NCBI GenBank assembly: GCA_040326155.1
Contig: JBEQLE010000020.1
Location: forward strand, 1 to 60,597
Length of the DNA stretch: 60,597 bases
DNA from: Leptospirales bacterium
GTDB taxonomy: Bacteria > Spirochaetota > Leptospiria > Turneriellales > JAOUFE01
Direction: 5' to 3'
In this document: in pieces, positions 10,314 to 20,334 of the stretch
Numbering within the stretch: position 1 is the first letter of the stretch
Layout of the letters: each line of letters opens with the position of its first letter
Program-made: the position numbers and the translations under genes
Notes under the pieces: generated by a model
The model's input: only the letters and a program-made list of their open reading frames with translations
The model's database searches: none
What the model was told of the DNA's origin: nothing

Positions 10314-11015
10314 TTAATATTCGATCTCTCGTTTGACTTTCGTATTCATGAGTTGATTTACTATATCTTTCATGCTATCAAATGAGCTAAAGCCTTGTGC
10401 AATGTATTGAAGTTGATTGTCTTTCGATAAAAGGACAGCTGGGTATCCTTGCACTCCCCATTTGCGATTCAGGTCAAACTCCACATTGGTTTTTTCTTTC
10501 GTTTCGTCGCTTTCAAATTGAGTTTTAAAGACGGAAAAATCTATTTCGAATTGCTGGCAAATAGTTTCATAAAAATCAACGTTAGACGGATCTTCAGATT
10601 CGACATAGAATTTACGCTGTACGGCTTCAAAAAATTCCATCTCAAACGCGCCCACCAATGGTCTTGCCGCAACAATTGCTCTACAAGAAGGTTCTGTGTC
10701 ATAATTAAAAGATTCCAGATCAAATAGTTTATATCCAAATGGCTGGCCACTTTTTTCTGTTACCTGTTCCCAATGGTGTTTTAGAAATGTTTTCATTTGA
10801 TCATTCCAGGGGTCACCGCCGCCGGGTCTTAAACCGCCCACTATTACTTTGTAAGTAATGCCTTCTTTGGCAAAATGATCTCTCAGTTGAATCAAAGCTG
10901 GAGAAATTCCCCAGCACCAGGAACACATGGGGTCGCCAACATAAATAATTTCAGTGGTTTCGGGAGCCTTTTCTGACCAGATTGCAGAAAACTTTTCAGG
11001 TTTATTATTTGACAT
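10314..11015 (-). CDS. DsbA-family thioredoxin-fold protein
   Basis: YVGDPMCSWCWG motif and cis-Pro GVQGYP; ATG at 11015 preferred as start. Confidence 0.9.
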   Translation of the reverse strand: MSNNKPEKFSAIWSEKAPETTEIIYVGDPMCSWCWGISPALIQLRDHFAKEGITYKVIVGGLRPGGGDPWNDQMKTFLKHHWEQVTEKSGQPFGYKLFDLESFNYDTEPSCRAIVAARPLVGAFEMEFFEAVQRKFYVESEDPSNVDFYETICQQFEIDFSVFKTQFESDETKEKTNVEFDLNRKWGVQGYPAVLLSKDNQLQYIAQGFSSFDSMKDIVNQLMNTKVKREIEY

Positions 11016-11200
11016 ATGAATTTGTACTATTAATCTATACCCGCGCGAATTGGCAAGATTTTTTTGTAAAAAATCCATTAATAACTTTCGAAATATTGCG
11101 ACTATATTAATAAAGGATTTGAAATTTTTATAATTAAATTGGCAATGCCCCAAGATTTAATTATATTTTATGGAGTAGATTAAGAATACGGAGAAAGAAT

Positions 11201-11812
11201 ATGGCAGATTCAGCATTTGATATTAAAAAATTTATGGATGACTCGATTAAAACGGTTGTTGCGCCTAAAGAGTACTTCACCACAATGCCCTTGACAGGCG
11301 GTTTTATCGAACCCCTGATCAAAGCGGCAATTTACGGTGCTCTGGCCGGGGTGATTACTTTTTTATGGATTATTATTGGTTTAGGAAAAATTACAGCTAT
11401 GTCGGGTGGTGCCGGTTTGGTTGCTGCGGGCATCGGCTCTCTTATTATAACGCCAATTATTGGCGTGGCCGGCTTATTTATAGGTGGAGCAATTATTTTG
11501 GCAATTTCAGCAATTGCAGGTGGCAAAACAGATTACGAGGCAAGCGTACGTGTGGCCAGCGCTATAATGGTCGTTATGCCCATAGGCGCAGTTTTTTATT
11601 TTATTAATTCTATAAGTTTTACTCTAGGTGCTTTAATATCCATGGGTATCAATTTATACAGTCTCTGGATCTTATTTAACGCTTTGATCACTTCATTGAC
11701 TGCAAAAGAATCGGTTATAAAAATTGTCTTGGGGATACTTGCATTATTAGCGCTGATCGGAGGTCTCTATATGCTTTTGGCTGTCAGTGTATTCGCAAAT
11801 CTTACTTCTTGA
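11201..11812 (+). CDS. YIP1-family membrane protein
   Basis: About 5 TM helices, N-terminal APKEYF motif, GGAG RBS. Confidence 0.8.
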   Translation: MADSAFDIKKFMDDSIKTVVAPKEYFTTMPLTGGFIEPLIKAAIYGALAGVITFLWIIIGLGKITAMSGGAGLVAAGIGSLIITPIIGVAGLFIGGAIILAISAIAGGKTDYEASVRVASAIMVVMPIGAVFYFINSISFTLGALISMGINLYSLWILFNALITSLTAKESVIKIVLGILALLALIGGLYMLLAVSVFANLTS

Positions 11813-11882
11813 AGTGAATATATTTTGATTGTTCCAGCTTCTTGCAAAATCGGGCTACCCGTATAAAACGGCACGCGAAAAC

Positions 11883-14800
11883 TTAGTATATATCGATTAC
11901 GCTGAATGTTATATCATCTTCCGCTTTCTCATCTACCATGTATGACTTTATAAAATTAGAAAGATATTCTCCAAGTTCTTTATAGTCAAGATGTACCTGC
12001 TTTTTTAAAATTCTAAACAAACCTTCTTCATCAAGCATTTCTCCGGCGTCGTTAGACGCTTCCACCAAACCGTCCGTATAGAGTATAACTTTATCACCTT
12101 TTGCAAGGTTAATGCTTTTTTCTTTGTAGGTAGCCATTTTATGAAAATCGAGAATTGCCCTGCCTTCCGGTTTACAGGTTTTAATTGTTCCATCTTTTTT
12201 TAGTACAATTGTTGGGTGATGCCCGGCACTCGCGCATCTCAGTACTTTATTTTTAAAATCTATATATACCACAGCGCCTGTAATGAAGCTTTCCATCATC
12301 TTTCCGGACAAAGATTGTTGTATAACGTTTATTGTCTCCGCCGGTTGTTTTATAGTTTTTTTCCAGGAGATTAAGGACATTTTTACCATGGCCGCATAGA
12401 GAGCGGCTGGCACACCATGGCCGCAAACATCGCAAATGAAGACTCCAAGTCCATCCTCTCCATCCAATAAATAATCGATAAAATCTCCGCTGACATCTTC
12501 CGAAGGAAGGTATTTAAAAAACACACCGACTTTTTCGTGTGACGGCACATTCTTTGGCAAAAGAGAAGTTTGAATTTTACGAGCAATATTGAGATCATCG
12601 GTCATTTTTTTATTCTTTTTTTCTAACTTTTGATTTTGATTCTCGATCGTTTTGGTTCGCTCTAACACTTTTTGTTCCAATGTCTCATACTGTTGTGCAT
12701 TCACCAGAGAGATGGCAGCTTGAGTCGAAATAATTTTTAGCAGTTCCATTCTTTGCGCGGTAAATGTATCGATTACTTCCTGATTTTCCAGGTAAATAGC
12801 GCCAATTGTTTTTCCTTGAAATTGCAAAGGATTACAGACGATCGATTTTGGTTTCTTTTTTTGAATATAGGCATCTTTGGTATAATGGGCATTGGATGAC
12901 GCATCAGATTCAACAACAGGATTACCGCTTTTTAAAGTAAGCTGTACAATTCCAGTTGATAATGTTTTGCATTCCACCAAAGGTTGATGGTGAAGCAATT
13001 TTTCGAAACCGGTTATATCAATTTCCCCTTCAATGAAAGAGCCTTCGGGTGATGTCAACATAAGTATACCTTTTGTTGCGCCTGAGTTTTCCATAATCAA
13101 ATTCAATAATTTCGAGAGCAACTTTTCAAATCGAATTTCACTCGATATAGCCTGGCTTGCTTTTAACAATGCAAAATAATCCAGATTCAAATTTATGATG
13201 TCACTTGAGGTCGAAGCATAGGTAGTATTTGTGGTTTTTTGCGTAATGGACTGTTCCACATCTTGACTTAGACGGTTTGTCCAGGAAGACCCACCTTCAG
13301 GTACATTGTCGAAAACAAATTGGTATTCGGCAAGTTCTCCATAACACTCACTCAAGTGTTCCACTTTTGCATTTGCTCCCCATCCTTTATAGATGCGCTT
13401 GGACTCCGCGATATGCGCTTTGGCGGGAATTAAATGATTTTGAGAAATTAGAAGGCGCGCTGCAAATTCGTTGGCAAGAGCTTCTTCGTGAATAAAACCA
13501 TTCTCTCTGGCATGAACTATGGATTGATTGAACATCGTTAAAGCTTCGTTTACTTTTTTCTTTCGTTGTAGATACAATCCAAGTAAAAATTCATATTGAT
13601 GCAATTTATTTTCAGGACAAAGATCGGTCCAGGTTTTTAGTTTATGTAGACATATTTGAGCGAACTTAAGTTCCTTTCGCGTTGGTTTTTCGGAGGAGGT
13701 TAAAATTGCAACGGCATAATAAAAATAGAAAATAGTAACTTTGTTGTTCGTCAAGATGGCTTTTAGTTGGACAATTATTTTCTTTAGGTTGTGTTTCGCT
13801 TTGGTAAATTCATGAAAAAATATTTGCTGCATACCCATTGGCAGATAGAAATTTAGAACTTCTAAGGAGATTGTATCGCGTACGGTTTTTTGAAGGTTCT
13901 CAATATATGATTTGTTTTCAGATGCATTTTTTTGCATACAAAGCGGGAAAATCATTAATGATTCTACCCAGAATTTGTTTTGATGTAATTGATATTTATT
14001 GCAAAAATTGGAAACCGTGTCAACTTCTTTAATCATTACGTTGATTGCTTTTGGTTTGCAAACCAGGTACATACCAATTCCGTTTGTTATGCTATAACCG
14101 GCAAATTCAATATCCCCGGAATGTATTCCACTTTGACGAGTTGCATAAAGGTTCTCGGCAACAATCGCGTAATTCTCATAAAAATGATTTACAAATAGAT
14201 TGTTAAATACTGCTTCTTTTATTGTATACGCGGTTTGTTCAGGATTTATACTTTTAGTAAACTCATAAACTATTTTAGTCTCTTTGTACTTTTTTAAAGA
14301 AGCGATTACAAGCATGTTGTATCCAGACAGAACATATCCTATGCTGGGGCCATAACCGTGTTTTAGCGCTTCGCGTAGAGATTTTAAAACAATTACAACA
14401 AATAAATTTTTGTTACATGCATAGGCTGCCGATTGCAAAGAGTCCAGAAGTTGCATAGTTTTTTCATAATCGGAATTATCCGATTTTCTGGGTTTAATAG
14501 ACCATAGTTTTTGATTGACCAGTCTTCTAGTCATTTGTAACGACAGGCGAACCTTGAGTTTGTTTGGGTTTCGCGGTATCTGTACTCCCAGTTTTTCGAG
14601 CAAAGGAAGACCGTACTCTTCAATAGATCGGGCAAATTCACCTTTATTGGCGCAAGCTGAAATTCTCGAAACCGTTGCCTGCATTAAGTGTATCGGTTTT
14701 TGAGTATTTGCCTTAATCTCATTGTACAGTTCAACAGACTTTTCTTCTTTCCCGATCAGATCTATTGCTTTTACACTCAATGTATATGCATTCAAAGTTA

Positions 14801-17198
14801 AATCATAATGATCTATCCATTTTTTTGCAGGCAAAAGCGAAACAGCTGCGTCCATAAATTTTTCAGCGCTGTCGTAGGCAACATTGATAAGGGATTTTTG
14901 CGCAGCTTCGAGATTCAAATTACATAAAACCAGTTTTTCATTTACATCTGTTAATAAACCGAGGCCTTCGTTATAATGTGAAACTATAGCAATGACATCT
15001 TTCTCTTTTTTCGATTGTTGCCGGGACAAAAGTCGACCCATATTCAAATGTGTTTTTTTACGCTCTTCTTCGGATAAAAGTGTATAAGCGGCCTGGTGTA
15101 CCCGGTCATGTAAAAACTTGAATTCAGGGTTTTGGTTCGAATCCTTTTGTCCGATATCCGTTTCTAATATTTTATAATTTTCTGACTGGGGAATTATATA
15201 ACCTTCGATCAAGGCAGACTTCAGCCCTTCGGCAATGTTCGCCCGTTCAATTTGCGTAACGGTTGTCAACGTTTGCCAGTCAAATCTGTTCCCAACACAA
15301 GCGGCAAGTTTTAAAGTATTTATGCACTTTTCATCCAGCTTATTAATTTTAGAAGTCATAAGTTGTACAACATTATCTGTAATAGTCAAGGATGCAATTT
15401 TTTTAACATCCCATTCCCAGCTACCGCTCTCGTGGCTGAAGTTCAGGTAATTTGTTTCATACATGTTTCGCAGAAGCTCGGAAGTAAAAAAAGGATTTCC
15501 CTGAGTTTTTGAGCATATAATTCTTGCCAGTTCAATACTTCGCTCAGCCTTCTGGGCAAAGCTATCCGTTATTAATTCGCTGATATGTTCGTCACTTAAG
15601 GGTTCTACTTTTAGTTTGTTTATTTTAAGGTTGTTCGTTTTATTCTTTTCCAGCTCTGTTATTGTTTTCATAAAGGGATGATTTTCATCGACCTCATTGT
15701 CTCGGTAGGCGCATATGAATTGTACATATTTGTTATCATTATCAGATAGGATATTATTTATTAAGGCCAAAGAAGCCAAATCTGCCCATTGCCAATCGTC
15801 CAGAAATATAGCCAGAGGCCGTTTTTTGGTTGCAAAAACATTGATGAAGCTTGTGAATGTAATATTAAAGCGGTTTTGAATTTGCTTGGTTTCAAGTACC
15901 GTTAATTCAGGTTGGTTACCGATAATAAGCTGTAAATCGGGAATCAGATCGGTGATTACTTTACCGTTTGGTTTGAGAGCGCTTTGAATTTCATTTTTCC
16001 AACGTTCAAGTTGCTCTTCACTATCTTGCAAAAGTTGACGCACTAAATCATTAAAGGCCATTACGATGGCGCTGAAAGGAGTGCTTCTTCGGTATTGATC
16101 AAATTTGCCCGCAATAAAAAGACCGCCTTTTTGAACAATTGGTTTATGTAGTTCAGCGACAAGAGCGGTTTTTCCAATTCCAGAAAACCCTCCTACGAGC
16201 ATCAATTCTCTTTTTCCTGAGGCTACGTTTTCAAAGGATGTAAGCAAATTGTTTATATCTTTTTGACGTCCATAAAGTTTCTGCGAAAGGTGAAAAACGG
16301 AGGAGACATCGTCTCGACCAGGTGTAAAATTTTTGAGTTTTTTTATGTTTAAAAAACTTTCTCGTATTTGTTGTAAATCTCGTATCAGACAGGTAGTGCT
16401 TTGGTAGCGATCTTCGCTGTTTTTTGCCAGTAATTTCAGTATAATTAAAGAAAGGTTATCTGGAATATTTTTATTTATAAGCGAAGGTGATTCGGGAGGT
16501 ACGGCAATATGATGATGAATAAGCTCCATCGGATCTTTTATATTGGCAAAGGGCGTTTTTCCTGTGAGCATTTCGAAAAAAACGACACCGAGAGAGTAAT
16601 AATCGGAGCGATAATCAACAGCGCGGTTCATTCGCCCGGTTTGTTCCGGTGAAATATAACTGAGAGTTCCTTCCAGCCTTGTCGCCAATTTTATAGCGCT
16701 AATTTCTCGATTTAAAATAGATGAAAGTTCAAAATCGATGTATTTAATCTTATATTCATTATTGACAAAGATGTTAGATGATTTAATATCTTTATGTATT
16801 ATACTTTTTTCATGAATATCATTCAGAGATTTGGCCATCTCTAAAGAAAGTGTAAAAAAGTCCGCTAGTGGTAGACCTTTATTTTTGTCGTTTTTTGTAA
16901 TGAATTTCGACATGGAACACCCTTCGAGGTTTTCCATTACTATGGCTGTTGCATTGTCCAATTCCAGATACTCGTATACCTCCGGTACTGCCGAGCCAGG
17001 TAAGCTTTTTAGTATATCAAATTCTCTTTTTAAAGAAGCGCGTGAAGTTGAAATTTCACCTTTTGCTCTTGCAATTTTTAAAACAACCGGTTTACTACCC
17101 TTACTTTTTAACAATTTTTTTGCACGATACACAACACTATTGTGACTTTCATGAAGGGTTTCTGTTATAGTGTAATCATCAATTTGCATTTTCAACAT
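11883..17198 (-). CDS. Multidomain Ser/Thr kinase-AAA ATPase-helical repeat-GAF-PP2C (SpoIIE) phosphatase
   Basis: HKDIKSSN, YISPEQTGRMNR, Walker A GFSGIGKT, LDDWQWAD, GAF (IYLEN), SGDF / DVCGHG / YTDGL / DDIT PP2C motifs. Confidence 0.92.
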   Translation of the reverse strand: MLKMQIDDYTITETLHESHNSVVYRAKKLLKSKGSKPVVLKIARAKGEISTSRASLKREFDILKSLPGSAVPEVYEYLELDNATAIVMENLEGCSMSKFITKNDKNKGLPLADFFTLSLEMAKSLNDIHEKSIIHKDIKSSNIFVNNEYKIKYIDFELSSILNREISAIKLATRLEGTLSYISPEQTGRMNRAVDYRSDYYSLGVVFFEMLTGKTPFANIKDPMELIHHHIAVPPESPSLINKNIPDNLSLIILKLLAKNSEDRYQSTTCLIRDLQQIRESFLNIKKLKNFTPGRDDVSSVFHLSQKLYGRQKDINNLLTSFENVASGKRELMLVGGFSGIGKTALVAELHKPIVQKGGLFIAGKFDQYRRSTPFSAIVMAFNDLVRQLLQDSEEQLERWKNEIQSALKPNGKVITDLIPDLQLIIGNQPELTVLETKQIQNRFNITFTSFINVFATKKRPLAIFLDDWQWADLASLALINNILSDNDNKYVQFICAYRDNEVDENHPFMKTITELEKNKTNNLKINKLKVEPLSDEHISELITDSFAQKAERSIELARIICSKTQGNPFFTSELLRNMYETNYLNFSHESGSWEWDVKKIASLTITDNVVQLMTSKINKLDEKCINTLKLAACVGNRFDWQTLTTVTQIERANIAEGLKSALIEGYIIPQSENYKILETDIGQKDSNQNPEFKFLHDRVHQAAYTLLSEEERKKTHLNMGRLLSRQQSKKEKDVIAIVSHYNEGLGLLTDVNEKLVLCNLNLEAAQKSLINVAYDSAEKFMDAAVSLLPAKKWIDHYDLTLNAYTLSVKAIDLIGKEEKSVELYNEIKANTQKPIHLMQATVSRISACANKGEFARSIEEYGLPLLEKLGVQIPRNPNKLKVRLSLQMTRRLVNQKLWSIKPRKSDNSDYEKTMQLLDSLQSAAYACNKNLFVVIVLKSLREALKHGYGPSIGYVLSGYNMLVIASLKKYKETKIVYEFTKSINPEQTAYTIKEAVFNNLFVNHFYENYAIVAENLYATRQSGIHSGDIEFAGYSITNGIGMYLVCKPKAINVMIKEVDTVSNFCNKYQLHQNKFWVESLMIFPLCMQKNASENKSYIENLQKTVRDTISLEVLNFYLPMGMQQIFFHEFTKAKHNLKKIIVQLKAILTNNKVTIFYFYYAVAILTSSEKPTRKELKFAQICLHKLKTWTDLCPENKLHQYEFLLGLYLQRKKKVNEALTMFNQSIVHARENGFIHEEALANEFAARLLISQNHLIPAKAHIAESKRIYKGWGANAKVEHLSECYGELAEYQFVFDNVPEGGSSWTNRLSQDVEQSITQKTTNTTYASTSSDIINLNLDYFALLKASQAISSEIRFEKLLSKLLNLIMENSGATKGILMLTSPEGSFIEGEIDITGFEKLLHHQPLVECKTLSTGIVQLTLKSGNPVVESDASSNAHYTKDAYIQKKKPKSIVCNPLQFQGKTIGAIYLENQEVIDTFTAQRMELLKIISTQAAISLVNAQQYETLEQKVLERTKTIENQNQKLEKKNKKMTDDLNIARKIQTSLLPKNVPSHEKVGVFFKYLPSEDVSGDFIDYLLDGEDGLGVFICDVCGHGVPAALYAAMVKMSLISWKKTIKQPAETINVIQQSLSGKMMESFITGAVVYIDFKNKVLRCASAGHHPTIVLKKDGTIKTCKPEGRAILDFHKMATYKEKSINLAKGDKVILYTDGLVEASNDAGEMLDEEGLFRILKKQVHLDYKELGEYLSNFIKSYMVDEKAEDDITFSVIDIY

Positions 17199-17369
17199 AG
17201 TGTAAATTGGAACATCATACGTCAAACAAAAAGCAATACAAATAAAGCCAATCGAAATTCTATATAAACGAAAGCGATATGCTAAAATTGTTCATTTATC
17301 TTCAGGCGGCAACTGCTATTCAAAAAAAATCTTGTCCGGTTGCCTGCGAAATGGAATACAGGGAATAAT

Positions 17370-18551
17370 ATGACAGAAGAAAATATGCAATCCAATGAAG
17401 AGACCCCGATTAAAAAAAATGCCGCAAGAAGGTTCCCTTTTTCTATCTATTTTGCATTGGTGGTAACTTTTGCCGTCATTTTTTCGTTTTATATGAATAA
17501 CAAGACTACGTCCGACACCGTAGAATTTTCGGTGGTTGGCGACATTATGACGCACGAGCCACAAATTCGGGCCGCATATAATAACGATTGTTCTTGTTAC
17601 GATTTTGCCAACACTTTTGATATAATAGCTCCTCACTTAAAAGCCGACGTCATTCTCGGTAATCTTGAAACCACTCTTCCGGGGTCTGTATTGAAGTTTG
17701 CGGGTTACCCGCGTTTTGGAGCGCCCGACTCACTTATTACGGCATTAACAAAAACCGGGTTTAATATTTTAACAACAGCCAACAACCATAGCGTGGACAA
17801 AGGTAAAGACGGCATTATACGCACTCTTGATGTTCTCGACAAGTACGGAATTGCCCATCTCGGAACCTACCGTAGCGCCGAAGAGCATAAACAAAACCGC
17901 GTTTTGCTCGTAGAAAAAAACAATATGAAAATGGCGTTTTTGAATTATACTTTCAGCACTAATGGCATCGAGATTCCGAAATCGGTAGTTGTGAATATGG
18001 TGAAAAAAAAGAAAATTTCTGCCGATATTGCACACGCAAAAACCTTGAAGCCCGATGCTATCATTGTTATTTACCATTTTGGAACCGAGTATGCCCGACA
18101 ACCCGATTCTTACCAGAAAGACATTGTAAATTTTACGTTTAAAGAAGGGGCCGATATTGTATTGGGCGGCCACCCGCATGTGCTTCAACCGTTTAAAAAA
18201 CTGACAGTAAAAGACAAATACGAAGAGACGAAAGATCGGTTTGTAATATATTCACTGGGGAATTTTGTTTCTAACCAGCAAAGGCGGTATACAGACGGCG
18301 GTATCATTCTTAAGTTTCGCCTGAGAAAAGAAGAAGGCGTTCTTGTAGTCGATAAAATTCAATATGTTCCGATCTGGGTTCACTTGCAGGTTCAAGATGA
18401 AAAACGCTCTTACACTATTTTACCGGTAGAGAGTTATTTAAAAGGCGAGAATTCGAAAACTCTTTCTGAAAATGCTTTGAAAAGAATGACTCTTTTTTAC
18501 ACCGATTTAACCGCCCATTATAAAAATGTTCCTGTAGATAAGCCCGAATAA
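17370..18551 (+). CDS. CapA-family metallophosphoesterase (PGA_cap domain)
   Basis: VGDIM, GNLET, ANNHSVD, HFGTEY, GGHPHVLQP, YSLGNF motifs; N-terminal TM helix. Confidence 0.9.
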   Translation: MTEENMQSNEETPIKKNAARRFPFSIYFALVVTFAVIFSFYMNNKTTSDTVEFSVVGDIMTHEPQIRAAYNNDCSCYDFANTFDIIAPHLKADVILGNLETTLPGSVLKFAGYPRFGAPDSLITALTKTGFNILTTANNHSVDKGKDGIIRTLDVLDKYGIAHLGTYRSAEEHKQNRVLLVEKNNMKMAFLNYTFSTNGIEIPKSVVVNMVKKKKISADIAHAKTLKPDAIIVIYHFGTEYARQPDSYQKDIVNFTFKEGADIVLGGHPHVLQPFKKLTVKDKYEETKDRFVIYSLGNFVSNQQRRYTDGGIILKFRLRKEEGVLVVDKIQYVPIWVHLQVQDEKRSYTILPVESYLKGENSKTLSENALKRMTLFYTDLTAHYKNVPVDKPE

Positions 18552-18557
18552 CCTTCT

Positions 18558-19220
18558 ATGTTTGCCTCTAAAAGCAGCCGTTCTGACTGGGACTTAAAAA
18601 ATGAAATGAGCAAAACAAATGTCCGATGGGCTTTGTTTATTTTTATTACGAGTTACCTTTCCTACACTTTGCAAAATGCCCCCGAAACAATGACCGGTGT
18701 AAAGGATACTTTCAATGGGTTGTTTATTTATACATTGGCCGGAACCGTATTCATTTTAAACTTTTTGTACACAGTTTATTTATGGAAGGCCCGAAATTCA
18801 AGTAGAACTCTGCACTCGTTATTAAAATATATTACAATGCTTTTTGATTGCATGCTGGTCACCATGCTTCTTCTTTTGACCGGCGGAGATAAAAGTATGT
18901 TTTTTCTTTTGTATGTAATTGTAATTATTTCTAACGGAACACGCTATGGAATGAGGCTTGCCGTGGCCGGTATTATTCTCTTTAATATATGTTATGTTGC
19001 TATGCTCTTTTACCAATATTACCCGAATCTGGATGTTGCAGATGTTCGCGGCGAGTCGCTTAAGGTAATCGGCGTATGGGTTGTTGGTTTGTATATTGGT
19101 TATCTGGCCAGAAGGTTTGAAATTTTACACTCCGACCTCGATCAATATAAAAACATGGTGGCTAAATATTTAAAAGAAGGAAAATCTATAGAAGATACGG
19201 AACGTTCGGCGGAGCAATAA
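18558..19220 (+). CDS. Polytopic membrane protein resembling a stand-alone RpfC/RpfH-type sensory input domain
   Basis: About 6 TM helices, IISNGTRYG motif, short C-terminal coiled tail, no catalytic domain. Confidence 0.55.
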   Translation: MFASKSSRSDWDLKNEMSKTNVRWALFIFITSYLSYTLQNAPETMTGVKDTFNGLFIYTLAGTVFILNFLYTVYLWKARNSSRTLHSLLKYITMLFDCMLVTMLLLLTGGDKSMFFLLYVIVIISNGTRYGMRLAVAGIILFNICYVAMLFYQYYPNLDVADVRGESLKVIGVWVVGLYIGYLARRFEILHSDLDQYKNMVAKYLKEGKSIEDTERSAEQ

Positions 19221-19234
19221 TAAAAGGTCAACCA

Positions 19235-19591
19235 ATGCAGCATAAAAAAGACGAAAGCTCATTACGTCGGGGCAATATAAATTTTGATATTCTTAAGCCA
19301 GAGGGTTTGGCAAAAGTAGATCGAGTTGAATCGGAAACGCAGGGCGGTAAACCAACCTATGTCAGGCAAAAAGGAAAACGGGGAATTTTTTACCAGGGAC
19401 GAAAGCAAAATCCTGTAAAGAAGTGGCATATTATTTTATGGGCTTTTATTTTTCTGCTTTCTGCCGTTGCCATTGGTGTACTGCTTTTTTACGGAGAATC
19501 GCTTTTCTGGATGACCGCGCTGCCGTTTTTACTTTTAATTTTTATCTGGTCCATGATCATGCTGGTATTATTCAAGGCTCGTCCCCGATAA
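19235..19591 (+). CDS. Hypothetical membrane protein
   Basis: Two C-terminal TM helices; AAGG RBS; same strand and close spacing to the upstream gene. Confidence 0.7.
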   Translation: MQHKKDESSLRRGNINFDILKPEGLAKVDRVESETQGGKPTYVRQKGKRGIFYQGRKQNPVKKWHIILWAFIFLLSAVAIGVLLFYGESLFWMTALPFLLLIFIWSMIMLVLFKARPR

Positions 19592-19606
19592 AAGCCGGGA
19601 TAAAAT

Positions 19607-20311
19607 TTACAGTAGCGTGTTAGCCTGGTGGCATAATGCATCGAGGCTGTTTTCCAGAATGTAAGTATACTCTTGTTGTACTTTTGCGTCCGGTTTTTGC
19701 GGCGGTTTTATGGGTTCGCCAATAACGGCTATAATTTTAGAAAAAGGGATCGGAACGGCAAAGTCGTCCCAGTTTGGTCCCGTAATTTGCCTGGAGACGC
19801 TGATGCCAACAGGTACAATAACCGAACCGGTTTTTGCAGCCATATAGACGGACCCTGGTTTTGCTTCATAAATTGGACCGTTTGGACCGTCTGGAGCAAT
19901 AAGAGCGGGGCAGCCCTCTTTTATTTTTCGTATAAAATTTAAGATACCTACGGATTGTTTTGTGTGGCTGGCGTCTAATACGTCGAACCCGTGCGACCTC
20001 AATGTCTTGATGCCGACTTCCCTGAAGAAGTGCGCTGAACTTTTTTCGTAAGCGTCAAGCCGGGGATGGTCAGAATATATTAATAAACGTCGAGAATGAA
20101 ATGCCAGCACTGCTACGTCGACAAAGGTATGCCAGACAGCGATAATATAATTTGTTCCTTCTGCGTCGAGCTTTAACAGACGCTCTTTCCCCTCAAAATC
20201 AATATTCAAGGTAGCCTGGTAAAGACCAAGTGTAATCGAGCTAACACTTGAAACTAGACTGGTTGAGGCTTTATAGCAAAACCTGGACGCTCTGTTTTTT
20301 GGATAGCCCAC
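19607..20311 (-). CDS. DUF374 / lysophospholipid acyltransferase-family protein
   Basis: IAVWH, APDGPNGP, KPGSVYMA, WDDFAVPIPFS motifs. Confidence 0.85.
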   Translation of the reverse strand: MGYPKNRASRFCYKASTSLVSSVSSITLGLYQATLNIDFEGKERLLKLDAEGTNYIIAVWHTFVDVAVLAFHSRRLLIYSDHPRLDAYEKSSAHFFREVGIKTLRSHGFDVLDASHTKQSVGILNFIRKIKEGCPALIAPDGPNGPIYEAKPGSVYMAAKTGSVIVPVGISVSRQITGPNWDDFAVPIPFSKIIAVIGEPIKPPQKPDAKVQQEYTYILENSLDALCHQANTLL

Positions 20312-20334
20312 AATCGTTTACCACTGTTTTACAA

